A stretch of 64,000 nt of DNA from Planctomycetota bacterium (GTDB lineage Bacteria > Planctomycetota > B15-G4). Both the position numbers and the translations under genes were made by a program. A model generated the notes under the pieces. That model was given only the letters and a program-made list of their open reading frames with translations. It made no database searches and had not been told where the DNA came from. Shown here one piece after another: positions 47,903-57,156 of the stretch; position 1 is the stretch's first letter, and the number at the start of each line of letters is the position of its first letter. The stretch spans positions 4,825,834 to 4,889,833 of the forward strand of contig CBDFJQ010000002.1 in NCBI GenBank assembly GCA_965248575.1, read 5' to 3'.

Positions 47903-48174
47903 CACGCGCTGGGTGTACCCCACCGGACTCGCGCGGGAGGCAGGGTTCAGCTTCGGCCGAAGAGCGCGTGTCGTAGACGAAGAGCTGAGCATGCTGGGAG
48001 CTTACGCAACTCGCCGCCCACGTCAGAGGCGTGCGAGCCTTCAACAAAACGCGCCGGCACTTGCGCAGGGGCGAAGGCAATGCTGGGAGCGTCTTCATGG
48101 ATCAAACCTGCCGGGGATGTTGTGGGTCGCAGATTCCTCGCAGATCACCCCCGGAGTGGTTCTATCCTGTCCGC

Positions 48175-48366
48175 ATGCCCCGCAAAGCCATCGAGATCCT
48201 GCTGGTCGAGGACGACGCCCAGATCCGGGCCGAGGCCCACGGTGGAACTGTCGGCGCGCACAATGGGCCAGAGGGTGGCGCCTCAGTCTGCTTCTCCGTG
48301 CCACGCCCTCCGTCCAGCCTCAGCTCGTCGTCAGCAGAGGGCGATTCCGCATGCGACCTCGCATGA
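48175..48366 (+). pseudogene. In-frame deletion scar joining a response-regulator N-terminus to a histidine-kinase C-terminus
   Basis: ILLVEDDAQIR (REC beta1) joined directly to AEAHGGTVGAHNGPEGGASVCFSVP (HATPase_c tail); TATCCT-6nt-ATG; stop overlaps the next ATG. Confidence 0.75.
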
Positions 48367-48938
48367 GAGGCCATCTTTGCTTCGAGACCGAGCGGGCCCG
48401 AGTTCGCCGCCTGGTCATGGACGATGTCGACGGCATGCTGAGCGTGTATGGGGATCCGCGCACCATGCGCTTCGTCGGCAAGACCCTGAAGCGTGCGGGC
48501 TGCATCAAGTGGGTCGAGGCGACCCTCGAGAACTACGACCGTTACGGCTACGGCATGTGGGTGGTGGAGTCGCTTGAGTTGCCGGAGCTCTCCCCCGCGG
48601 CGGACGACGACTCCCTGCTCGGCTTCTGTGGCCTGGTGCATCCGGGTGGGCAGGACGAGGTAGAACTCAAGTATGCCTACCGGCCAGAGGTCTGGGGCCA
48701 GGGGTTCGCCACGGAGGTGGCGGAGTCGGCCTTGATGCACGGGGCGATCCGATTGGGGAAGACGGACGTGATCGCCACGGCTGACCCGGAGAACACGGCT
48801 TCGCATCGCGTCTTGCTCAAGGCGGGCATGAAACCGGCGCCAGCACGAAGGGAAGCGGATGGAAGTCAGACGTCGGTCTTCCGTTGGAGTGCGGGCCCCA
48901 TCGCTGAACGCGTCGACTTCCTCAAGCGAAACCCCTGA
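48363..48938 (+). CDS. GNAT N-acetyltransferase (RimJ/RimL-type)
   Basis: FETERARVR, GFCGL, VWGQGFATE, ENTASHRVLLKAGM. Confidence 0.9.
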   Translation: MRGHLCFETERARVRRLVMDDVDGMLSVYGDPRTMRFVGKTLKRAGCIKWVEATLENYDRYGYGMWVVESLELPELSPAADDDSLLGFCGLVHPGGQDEVELKYAYRPEVWGQGFATEVAESALMHGAIRLGKTDVIATADPENTASHRVLLKAGMKPAPARREADGSQTSVFRWSAGPIAERVDFLKRNP

Positions 48939-48952
48939 AGCGGGATTGATCC

Positions 48953-49459
48953 ATGACGTGCACCCTCCGAAACTACGAGCCCGGCGACCTCGAGAGCTGT
49001 CGCGAACTCTGGCACGAGCTGACCCAGCGCCATCGGGACATCTACAACGACCAGACCATCGGTGGCGACCAGCCCGGCTTGCAGTTCGACACCTACCTGG
49101 CGAGGGACGATCTCGTCGGGCCGTGGGTCGCCGTGCAGGAGGGTCAGGTGGTGGGCTTGACGGGGCTGCAGGTCACCGGCAAGGAGGCAGAGCTCGAACC
49201 GGTGGTGGTGAGGAAGGAAGCGCGGGGGCAGGGGCTGGGCACGAGGCTCATCGTCCATGCCAAAGAGCAGGCGCTGGCGCTGGGTGTGACCCATCTCTCC
49301 ATCCGGCCGGTCGGGCGCAACATCGAGGCCATCCGCTGCTTCCACCGCGCTGGCTTCAGCATCCTGGGGCGGGTCGAACTCTTCACGGACCTGAAGCAGC
49401 CTCGCGAGGGGCTCTGGAAGTCCGGGCTGGAACTCCATGGGCAGGAGTTCCGTTACTGA
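48953..49459 (+). CDS. GNAT N-acetyltransferase
   Basis: ARGQGLGTRL (acetyl-CoA loop), NIEAIRCFHRAGF. Confidence 0.9.
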   Translation: MTCTLRNYEPGDLESCRELWHELTQRHRDIYNDQTIGGDQPGLQFDTYLARDDLVGPWVAVQEGQVVGLTGLQVTGKEAELEPVVVRKEARGQGLGTRLIVHAKEQALALGVTHLSIRPVGRNIEAIRCFHRAGFSILGRVELFTDLKQPREGLWKSGLELHGQEFRY

Positions 49460-49550
49460 CGGGTGAACTGCACGTTGCGTTTGGGTACACCCGCTGCAAC
49501 GAAAACGGGGCACGTGAGCGTGCCCGCTGCCCTCAACGGAAGACACTCCC

Positions 49551-50507
49551 ATGGCGGAACCGGAAGTCGACAATGCGCCCGAGAAGTACGCGCAGCGTCT
49601 CCGGCGGAACAAGAAGGCTTACCAGCGGGCCTTTGAATCCGAGGGCAAGATCTGGGGCGAGAAGTTTTCCAGCGCGGAACGGCGCGCGAAGATCCTGGCC
49701 GACCAGGCCGCCGCCGCCGAGCTGGGGCTCAACCAGCATCAGCTGAATCTGATGGGTTGCCTGAAGGGGTTGGGTTCCAAGTTCAAGACGGGCTTGAGCC
49801 TCGCCTGCGGTGATGGCCGGGCCGAGCGCCGCCTGATGAAGGCCGGGCGCGGGGAGCGCTTCCATGGCATCGACGTGGCCCCCAAGGCCGTCGAAGCCGC
49901 TCAGGGCCTCGCCGACGCGGACCAGTTGGCGATCACTTATGAGGTGGCGGACCTGAACAGCGTGCAGCTCGCGCCGGCCAGCTATGACCTCGTGGTCACG
50001 CAGAACTGCCTGCATCATGTCTTGGAGCTGGAGCACCTGGCCGAACAGGTCTGGGGTTGTCTACGCCCGGACGGCCTGCTCTGGATCCAGGACTACATTG
50101 GTGAGTCGCAGTTCCAGTACTCCGACGCTCGCATTGAGATCGCGAATCGCTGGCTTGGGCTCCTGCCGGAAGAGCTGCGCTACGACAGCGTGAACGATCG
50201 CACCATCGGATCGATTGAACGACGGCCCGTGGGGCAGCTCGTGTCGCCCTTCGAGGCGGTGCGTTCCCTGGAGATCATGCCCATCTTCCTGCGCTACTTC
50301 GAAGTGGTCAGGAAGCGCGAATCCCGGGCCGTGATGCACCTCGTCTGTCCCAAGGGGTTCCGGGGCAGCTACCTCGTCAGCGAAGCCAGTCGAAGCCTGT
50401 TCAAGATGATGGCCGAGATGGATGAGATCTTGATCGAGTCGGGAGCCCTGCCGCCCGCCGAAGGGCGCTACCTCTTGCGTCGACGGGCCGAGCCCCTGCC
50501 TGCCTAG
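49551..50507 (+). CDS. Class I SAM-dependent methyltransferase
   Basis: LSLACGDG (motif I), GIDVA, YDLV..LHHV, LRPDG. Confidence 0.9.
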   Translation: MAEPEVDNAPEKYAQRLRRNKKAYQRAFESEGKIWGEKFSSAERRAKILADQAAAAELGLNQHQLNLMGCLKGLGSKFKTGLSLACGDGRAERRLMKAGRGERFHGIDVAPKAVEAAQGLADADQLAITYEVADLNSVQLAPASYDLVVTQNCLHHVLELEHLAEQVWGCLRPDGLLWIQDYIGESQFQYSDARIEIANRWLGLLPEELRYDSVNDRTIGSIERRPVGQLVSPFEAVRSLEIMPIFLRYFEVVRKRESRAVMHLVCPKGFRGSYLVSEASRSLFKMMAEMDEILIESGALPPAEGRYLLRRRAEPLPA

Positions 50508-50524
50508 GGTTGCGCGCGCACGCC

Positions 50525-50896
50525 CTACTCCTCGTCCAGCAGCTTGAGCAGCTTCTTGGGTGCGATGCAGCGGTAACTCTCCTCGAGCCATTGTTGGAGC
50601 AGGCCCAAGGGCGGGTCGTCCCCGGGCTTGAAGGAGGCGCTCACCCAACCGTGCTTGCCGAGCCCATAGCCGGTGGGCTCCGCCCAGGAGTTCTTGAGCG
50701 CCTGGGCCGCCGAGTGGGGCAGCTTCATGCTCATGCCCAGCCGCTCGTCCTCCAGGGCCAAGAAGAGGAACACCTTCTTGCGCACCTTGAAGGCGTCGTG
50801 GCCCCAGGGGTGCTCGAGCGTGGCCTCGGGATAGTCGAGGGCGATGGTCCTCAGGACCGAATCGATCTTGGCGAGGGTCTTGGATTTGCGTGCCAT
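50525..50896 (-). CDS. MmcQ/YjbR family protein
   Basis: PWGHDAFKVRKKVF, PTGYGLGKHGWV, WLEESYRCIAPKKL. Confidence 0.9.
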   Translation of the reverse strand: MARKSKTLAKIDSVLRTIALDYPEATLEHPWGHDAFKVRKKVFLFLALEDERLGMSMKLPHSAAQALKNSWAEPTGYGLGKHGWVSASFKPGDDPPLGLLQQWLEESYRCIAPKKLLKLLDEE

Positions 50897-50916
50897 GGTC
50901 AGCCGGGCTCCGAGAA

Positions 50917-52623
50917 TCAGTAGGTGCGCGAGAAGCTGCCGATGATCTTCGCAGGTGGATCCGCGGCCCAGTAGTCGGCAGTGGAGATCTGAATGTTCAC
51001 GCTGGCTTGGGGTGCGAGTTGCAGCAGGAAGGGCGGTGACTCCAGCGCCAGCCTCTGGCTGGGGTCGGAGGCCACCTCCCAGGTCCACTTCCCGTGGAAG
51101 AGGCCGCGGAAGCTGCTGTCGGCGAGGTTGGTGATGCGCACGCTGGGGCGGCCGAAGGCGTCGTTGTCCGGATGGCGCAGCGCCTCGAAGTCGAGCCCGT
51201 CATGGGCTGTCCTGCCGAGCTGGCGGAACAGGAACTCGTGTCGACCGATCCGCGAGTTGGCGAGCAAGGTCCAGTCGGATCGGTTCCACGTCCCATCCAG
51301 CAGGTTGCGGTAGACCAGATCGGCCTCGAGCCCGGTGTCCTCGAGGATCCCCTTGAAATGCCAGGTCTCCTCGGGGCTGTCCACCGCAACGAAACGTTCG
51401 TACCTGGGCACGCGTTCCAGCCGGTAGCGGGATGCGAGGTATTCCGCGTGTGCCTCCCCCAGGCGGGCCGGGGTCGACGCAGGGGGGAAGGCCTTGCCCA
51501 CACCCAGCAGCTCCTCCTGATAGTGGTGCATGATCTCGTGGATCAACACATCCTTCAGCATGGGCAGGGAGTACTCGGGCTTGCGCAGGATGTAGATGAC
51601 GTTGCCGGCCGGCGAGTAGCCGTGCACGTCCTCGACCTGCGACGCGACGAGCTCGTCCAGGGTGGCGCGGCGCTGTTCAGGGCTCGCATCACCGTCCGGC
51701 CCCAGGCGCCCCTCGGCGCGGAGCCAGTCTTCGGCGGCCTGGTAGTTGGTTTCGACGAATGGGCGCAGGCTCTCGAAGGCGTCGCCCCGGTCCACGGGGC
51801 GGAACTCGAGCGCCGCAGCCGGGGTCCAGGCCAGCCAGTCGGCAATGTCTTCGTGGAAGCCGGTCCCCAGTCGCTGGAGCTCCGCGGCATCGATGGCCTC
51901 CGTGGCGAGGATGTCCTCGACGATTTCCTCGCAGAGCACCTGTGCGGACTCGGTGGCGTGTGCGAAGGGGGCTTCTTCCAGGGCGTAAACCAGGCGCGGC
52001 TCCGTCGTCTGGAAATCCTGATAGACGTGGCCTGGGCGACCCCAGCCCCGGGCGACCACCTGCGTGGCGACATCCTCGGTGCTGGCTTCCCCGTCCTGGT
52101 CTGGGTTTGGGGCGACACGCAGGATCGCCACGCGACGCAAGCGGTCGAGGTCAGGAGCATCGGGTGCAATGGCGCTGGTCCCCTGCTTGTATTGAGCCAA
52201 CGGGACTTCGACGAGGCGTGTTCCTGGCGCCGTGAGCCACTGCCTGAGTTCGGCTCGCCAGGCGTCCCGCAGGCCGGCGCGCACGTCCGTGGGCAGGCGC
52301 TCATCGTCACCATGCACGCCGTCCAGGCGCACGCGTTCCTCTCCACGCTCGCTGCGGATGCGCAGCACATGCACGTCCAACACGTCCAGCAGCTCCACCG
52401 GGCGGGGCGTGTGATCCAGGGTGAGCTCCTGCGCCCCTTCGGCCCGCGCCCGTCCGATCAGGTCCACGACCTCGTCGGATGTGGAGGTGACCTCCAGTCG
52501 CAGGAAGTGGCGTTGGGCTGTGCCTTGGTCGTCGGCGCTTCCACAGGCGGGCAGGGTCGTCGCGAGAACGAGCGCGAGGCACGCGAGGCAGGTGGCTTGT
52601 GGGCTTCGTCGACGCGCGGGCAT
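50917..52623 (-). CDS. Hypothetical lipoprotein with a zincin motif
   Basis: Lipobox LPAC; VLIHEIMHHYQ...GEAHAEY. Confidence 0.75.
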   Translation of the reverse strand: MPARRRSPQATCLACLALVLATTLPACGSADDQGTAQRHFLRLEVTSTSDEVVDLIGRARAEGAQELTLDHTPRPVELLDVLDVHVLRIRSERGEERVRLDGVHGDDERLPTDVRAGLRDAWRAELRQWLTAPGTRLVEVPLAQYKQGTSAIAPDAPDLDRLRRVAILRVAPNPDQDGEASTEDVATQVVARGWGRPGHVYQDFQTTEPRLVYALEEAPFAHATESAQVLCEEIVEDILATEAIDAAELQRLGTGFHEDIADWLAWTPAAALEFRPVDRGDAFESLRPFVETNYQAAEDWLRAEGRLGPDGDASPEQRRATLDELVASQVEDVHGYSPAGNVIYILRKPEYSLPMLKDVLIHEIMHHYQEELLGVGKAFPPASTPARLGEAHAEYLASRYRLERVPRYERFVAVDSPEETWHFKGILEDTGLEADLVYRNLLDGTWNRSDWTLLANSRIGRHEFLFRQLGRTAHDGLDFEALRHPDNDAFGRPSVRITNLADSSFRGLFHGKWTWEVASDPSQRLALESPPFLLQLAPQASVNIQISTADYWAADPPAKIIGSFSRTY

Positions 52624-52642
52624 GGTGGGCAGGCCCTGCGCC

Positions 52643-54379
52643 TCAGGAATCGTCCTTGCCGAGCAGCAGGGACTCGGGATGGCGTTCGAGGTAGTCCGCC
52701 AAGGCGGCGATGGAGCGCATGCCCGACGAGATCTCACGCAGCGCGGCCGTGAGTTCTTCCTGGATGATGGGCAGGTCCGCGGCCAGGTTCGCGACGCCTC
52801 CTTCGCCCTCCTGCACCAGGCCCAGCGCGGAGTCAGCCGTTTCCTGCAGGGTGGCGATGAGGTTCGGTGTGCCGCCTTGCAGATCCTGCATCACGGAGTC
52901 GATGCGCGTGACCAAGGTCCGCATCTCCTCGACGGCCGTACTCAGGGAGGACACGAGCGGGCGCGAGTCGGTCTGCAAGTCCGTGAGCAGCAGGTCCAGC
53001 GAAGCGGCGGCCGATTCCACCGAGGCGAGCGTATCCTTCGTCTGGGATGACGCCACGATCTCGGAGATGCCGGCCACGGTGGATTGCAAGTCGGCCACGA
53101 TCGTAGGCAGCTGGGAGATCATCTCGGTGATGGCCTCGCCGGTGGAAATGATCGTGGGGATCTCTGGAGGGTCCGTCTCGGAAGCGAAGTAGTTGGGGGT
53201 CGTGTCCGGGTGGAAGTCCACCACGATGTCCCGGGCACCCGTGAGAAGGTTGGCTGGGCCGAGCTGCGCGCGGAGCCCTCCCTCCACCATGCGCGTCACG
53301 CGGTCGTGGTGGGACTCGTCCGGGTCGTCGTTCTCCGGAGAGAGGCGGCCGGGGTAGGTCTCCATGAGAACGGGCATCCTGAACGACACATCGGAGCGAT
53401 CCACCTCGACCGAGAGCTGCAACACCTTGCCGATCTCGATGCCCTGGAAGACGACGGCGGAGCCCACGCTCAGGCCAGTGAGGGGCTCGCTGAAGTAGGA
53501 GATGGTCTGGCGGGGCTGTGAGTTGATCTCCGCCGCCTCGGAGTCGGTCGCGATGAGCGAGTACACCTGGCCTGCCTCGGCGGCCGGGCCGAGGGGCTCG
53601 CCGGGGGCCTTGCCGAAGGCGATGCCCCCCAAGAGGATGGCTTCGAGGGATTCGGCATGCACGTCGAAGCCGTCGGCTGAGAGCGTCACGTCGAAGCCGC
53701 TCGCGTTCCAGAACCGTGTGTTGGTCCGGACCAGGTCGGCGTACTCAGGTTCGATGTAGACGTCGAACTCGATCAGCTCCTCGTCGCGCAGGTAGGTGTA
53801 GCCGTCCACTTGCCCCATGGGGATCTGCAGGTGGGAGACGGGGGTGCCGGCGCTGATGGAGCCCATGCTGTCCGAGCGAAGCTTCAGCATGAGGCCGCTG
53901 GCGTCAGCGGGCCGGCTTGGCGGGTCCTCCAGGCCTTGGAAGGTGCTCGTGGGCTGGCCCTGGGTCGAGAGGTCGGCAGCGATGTAGGCGCCGGAGATGA
54001 TCGTGCCGAGGCCCGACACACCCCCCGCTCCGATGCGCGGCTTGACGACCCAGAAGCGGGTGCCATCCACGAGATAGGGTTCGGAGCCCACCGTCAACTC
54101 TGCGGTGGCGATCACATGGTCCAAGCTCGGCGCGAGCTGGATGTCGGTCACATGGCCGACCTCCAGCTCCTTGAACTTGATCTTGGTCTTGCCTGCCTCG
54201 ATGCCGTCGGCCGTGACGAAGTTCAACACGATGGTCGGGCCCTGCTCCTGCATGGCCTTGTACCAGAGCCAACCACCCACGAGAGCCGCCACGATCGGGA
54301 CGATCCAGATGGTCTGGATGCCCTTCTTCTTGCGGATGACGGCCTCTGGGACGGAGTCGGTCGAAGTGTCGGAGGTCAT
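52643..54379 (-). CDS. pqiB: PqiB family MCE-domain protein
   Basis: WIVPIVA TM; three MCE domains (GIEAGKTKIK, GSISAGTPV, GLSVGSAV); ends YLERHPESLLLGK. Confidence 0.93.
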   Translation of the reverse strand: MTSDTSTDSVPEAVIRKKKGIQTIWIVPIVAALVGGWLWYKAMQEQGPTIVLNFVTADGIEAGKTKIKFKELEVGHVTDIQLAPSLDHVIATAELTVGSEPYLVDGTRFWVVKPRIGAGGVSGLGTIISGAYIAADLSTQGQPTSTFQGLEDPPSRPADASGLMLKLRSDSMGSISAGTPVSHLQIPMGQVDGYTYLRDEELIEFDVYIEPEYADLVRTNTRFWNASGFDVTLSADGFDVHAESLEAILLGGIAFGKAPGEPLGPAAEAGQVYSLIATDSEAAEINSQPRQTISYFSEPLTGLSVGSAVVFQGIEIGKVLQLSVEVDRSDVSFRMPVLMETYPGRLSPENDDPDESHHDRVTRMVEGGLRAQLGPANLLTGARDIVVDFHPDTTPNYFASETDPPEIPTIISTGEAITEMISQLPTIVADLQSTVAGISEIVASSQTKDTLASVESAAASLDLLLTDLQTDSRPLVSSLSTAVEEMRTLVTRIDSVMQDLQGGTPNLIATLQETADSALGLVQEGEGGVANLAADLPIIQEELTAALREISSGMRSIAALADYLERHPESLLLGKDDS

Positions 54380-55011
54380 GGCGAATCTTCCAGGGCGTCC
54401 CAGATCAGACGGGGGTCAAAGGACTCGGCTGCGAGCATGGTCAAGACGACGACGGCACAGAAGGCCACGGCGCCTGCGCCCGCGTGGATGGTGGCGAGCG
54501 CCTGCAGTTGCACCAAGGCAACCAGCAGCGCGATGACGAAGATGTCGAGCATGGACCAACGACCGATGTGCTCGATCAGGCGATAGAAGGCGGTGCGGTC
54601 GCGGGGCCTCCAGCGCGACTTGAACTTGACGGAGAGCAGGAGCCACGTGAGTACGAAGAGCTTGAGTACGGGCACGGCGATGCTGGCGAAGAACAAGAGC
54701 ATCGCGATGGGTGCGTCCCCGTGGTGGAACAACAGGATCACGCCGCTCATGATGGTGTCCGGCTCACCCGCGCCGAGGTAGACGATGGTGGACACCGGCA
54801 GCACGTTGGCCGGGATGTACATGATGTAGGCGGCGATGAGCAGCGCCCAGGACCGGGAGAGCGAGTGCGCCTTGCGCATGTGAAGCTCGGAGTCGCAGCG
54901 CGGGCAATGGGCTGTCGAACCCCGTGGGACCTCGGGCAGCCGGCTCGAGAGGCCACAGTCGTGGCAGCGCGCCAGGCCCGAGGCTCGCGCACTCAGGCTC
55001 TGCGAACTCAC
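54376..55011 (-). CDS. pqiA: Paraquat-inducible protein A (second half)
   Basis: CHDC..CPRC, YIPANVLP, IGRWSMLDIF, FDPRLIWD. Confidence 0.93.
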   Translation of the reverse strand: MSSQSLSARASGLARCHDCGLSSRLPEVPRGSTAHCPRCDSELHMRKAHSLSRSWALLIAAYIMYIPANVLPVSTIVYLGAGEPDTIMSGVILLFHHGDAPIAMLLFFASIAVPVLKLFVLTWLLLSVKFKSRWRPRDRTAFYRLIEHIGRWSMLDIFVIALLVALVQLQALATIHAGAGAVAFCAVVVLTMLAAESFDPRLIWDALEDSP

Positions 55012-55631
55012 GCGCTTTCCCCGCCGTCGAGGTAGTCCCAGAAACGGGCAGGGTCAAACGCCACGAGACTCGCGGTCGATGTGAGAATCAACAGCACGAA
55101 GGCGTAGAGCGCCGGGCCGAACACGATGTCGGCCATGTCCGAGAGCTTGATGGCAGAGACGATGGCGCCGAGCAGGAAGACCTCCATCATGCTCCAGGCT
55201 TTCAGCCGGCCCAGGGCCTTGCCCAGCCCGACCATCCACCCGAAGCGCTTGCCCATGAGCATGGGGGCACTCAAGGCGAGTAGCCCAGCGATCATCACGA
55301 AGGGAGCCAGGACGCTCGTGAACAACACCATGCCTGCGAGCGCGTCGTAGCCATCCGAGTGCAACTGGGTGATGCCCGAGTAGAGCCGGGCTACCTGGAC
55401 CCGGCCGGCGATCTGGAACTCCATGAAAGGAAAGGAGTTCGCCACCACCAGCAGGATCAAGCTCGCGGAGGAGAAGGCGAAGGTGCGTGTCGCGACGTCT
55501 CGTGTGCCACGCGCGAGAAGACTTCCACAGCGGGAGCACAGAGCCTTCTCGCCAGGTGCGAGTGGTCGAGCGGCGTGCAGCAAGTCACAGTCGTGGCACG
55601 CGAGCGCGGCGGTGGTTGGGGGTGGGGCCAT
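55008..55631 (-). CDS. pqiA: Paraquat-inducible protein A (first half)
   Basis: CHDCD..CSRCG, ANSFPF, WSMMEVF, FDPARFWD. Confidence 0.93.
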   Translation of the reverse strand: MAPPPTTAALACHDCDLLHAARPLAPGEKALCSRCGSLLARGTRDVATRTFAFSSASLILLVVANSFPFMEFQIAGRVQVARLYSGITQLHSDGYDALAGMVLFTSVLAPFVMIAGLLALSAPMLMGKRFGWMVGLGKALGRLKAWSMMEVFLLGAIVSAIKLSDMADIVFGPALYAFVLLILTSTASLVAFDPARFWDYLDGGESA

Positions 55632-55658
55632 AGGAGCTGGCCTGGATTCTATCCCCGC

Positions 55659-56204
55659 TCAATGGGCCCGCGAAACAGATCTTGAAAGCTGCTTGTCAGG
55701 TGGAGTGTTCGGCGCCTCCGGGAGCTCGGACGACTGTTCGAAGAAGCACTCTGCGAACCGAAGGCAGCAGCCCTCCACGAAGGACTCGAGGGCTTCCCGC
55801 TGGTCCAGCAGCCTGCCGCCCATGGGACCGCTCATGTCCTCTGTGGGAAGGTCGGTATCGAAGACGGTGCAGCTGCAGATGAGTGCGTACTCACCGTTCT
55901 CCGTGTCCATGCTCAGCGCGAACTCCAGTCGGTTGAACGCTTTGTAGGGCGACCCCTTGAACGATCCGTGTGGGAGGTCGGCTTCGAGCCCGAGCACCCA
56001 GGCGCCGTCGTAGAGTCGGCGCCGCGGCCACAGCTGGGGGAGTTCATCCCGGAGCGCGCTGAGGTAGGGCTCCAGCAGGCGCTCGAAGGCTTCCCTGACG
56101 TCCAGGGCAAGCAGTGCCCTGCCGGCATAGGGTTGCCTACCGTGACGCGCCTCTTGTTGGAGCTTGAGGGGCCGGATCTTGTCGCTGAGGCTCAGTGTGC
56201 TCAT
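55659..56204 (-). CDS. Hypothetical protein
   Basis: 181 aa from MSTLSL with a GGAG SD; GC3 bias. Confidence 0.7.
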   Translation of the reverse strand: MSTLSLSDKIRPLKLQQEARHGRQPYAGRALLALDVREAFERLLEPYLSALRDELPQLWPRRRLYDGAWVLGLEADLPHGSFKGSPYKAFNRLEFALSMDTENGEYALICSCTVFDTDLPTEDMSGPMGGRLLDQREALESFVEGCCLRFAECFFEQSSELPEAPNTPPDKQLSRSVSRAH

Positions 56205-56372
56205 CGGTGGGGCTCCGTGCTGGTGGGGGTTTGGAGTTGGCGCCCGAAAAGTGAGGGGCTGTCGGCGGAGGTTCCGACAGCCCCTCAAGTGGCCACCGCC
56301 AGAGTCGTCAGGGTGAGGGACGGGGAGGGAAGAGACTCTGAAAGGGCCGTGCAGCGAGGGTGTTGGGAGAGT

Positions 56373-56400
56373 TGCCAAGGACAGCTGCCAAGGACAGCTG
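56373..56400. repeat. 13-bp tandem direct repeat in a divergent intergenic region
   Basis: TGCCAAGGACAGC x2 plus TG. Confidence 0.6.
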
Positions 56401-56583
56401 AGAGAGAAGAGGTGAGGAGGCTCTGTGACGCTCCTTCGGGGTGAGGGCCGCAGAGCCATCCTCGTTCGGGTTCATTCACAACGCGTGAACCCGCCGTGTG
56501 ACCCGCAGCAGAAAGTTCCTTTCTGCGATCCGTCTGGTGTCGTTCGATAAGATGTGCGCCGCCATTCCCTGGGACGGACGCTC

Positions 56584-57156
56584 ATGCAGGACAGCCAGGC
56601 CACACAGCTCGTCACGCAGATGGAGGCTGGGGACCCCCAGGCAGTCCATGTGCTGTTGCCGTTGGTCTACTCAGAGCTGCGGTCCCTGGCAGCTGCCTTT
56701 CTCTTCCGAGAGCGCCGGAACCACACGCTCCAACCCACGGCCATCGTGCACGAGGCCTTCTTGCGTCTCGTGGACCAGACACGCGTCAACTGGAAGGGGC
56801 GAGCGCACTTCGTCGCCGTGGCTGCACAGGCCATGAGACGCTTACTCGTGGATCATGCTCGTGCCAAGCATTCGGCCAAGCGTGGAGGTGGGCGACTGCG
56901 GGTGAGCTTGCACGCCGACCTGGCCTTGTCCCCCGAGCACGAGCAGGACGTGCTGGACCTGCACGAGGCCCTCGAGAAGTTGAAGGAAGTAGACGAGCGA
57001 CAGGCGCAGATCGTGGAGTTGCGCTTCTTTGGCGGCTTGAGCGTCAAGGAGGTCGCGGAAGTCTTGGATGTCTCCACGCGTACGGTCGAGAGCGATTGGA
57101 CGATGGTGCGTGCCTGGCTTCGACGCGAACTGAGTGAGGGCGAGTCGGATGGCTGA
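56584..57156 (+). CDS. ECF sigma factor, kinase-associated QPT type (ECF43/EcfK-like)
   Basis: LLPLVYSELR..ERRNHTLQPTAIVHEAFLRL, AMRRLLVDHAR..KRGG, ELRFFGGL..W..RAWL. Confidence 0.95.
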   Translation: MQDSQATQLVTQMEAGDPQAVHVLLPLVYSELRSLAAAFLFRERRNHTLQPTAIVHEAFLRLVDQTRVNWKGRAHFVAVAAQAMRRLLVDHARAKHSAKRGGGRLRVSLHADLALSPEHEQDVLDLHEALEKLKEVDERQAQIVELRFFGGLSVKEVAEVLDVSTRTVESDWTMVRAWLRRELSEGESDG

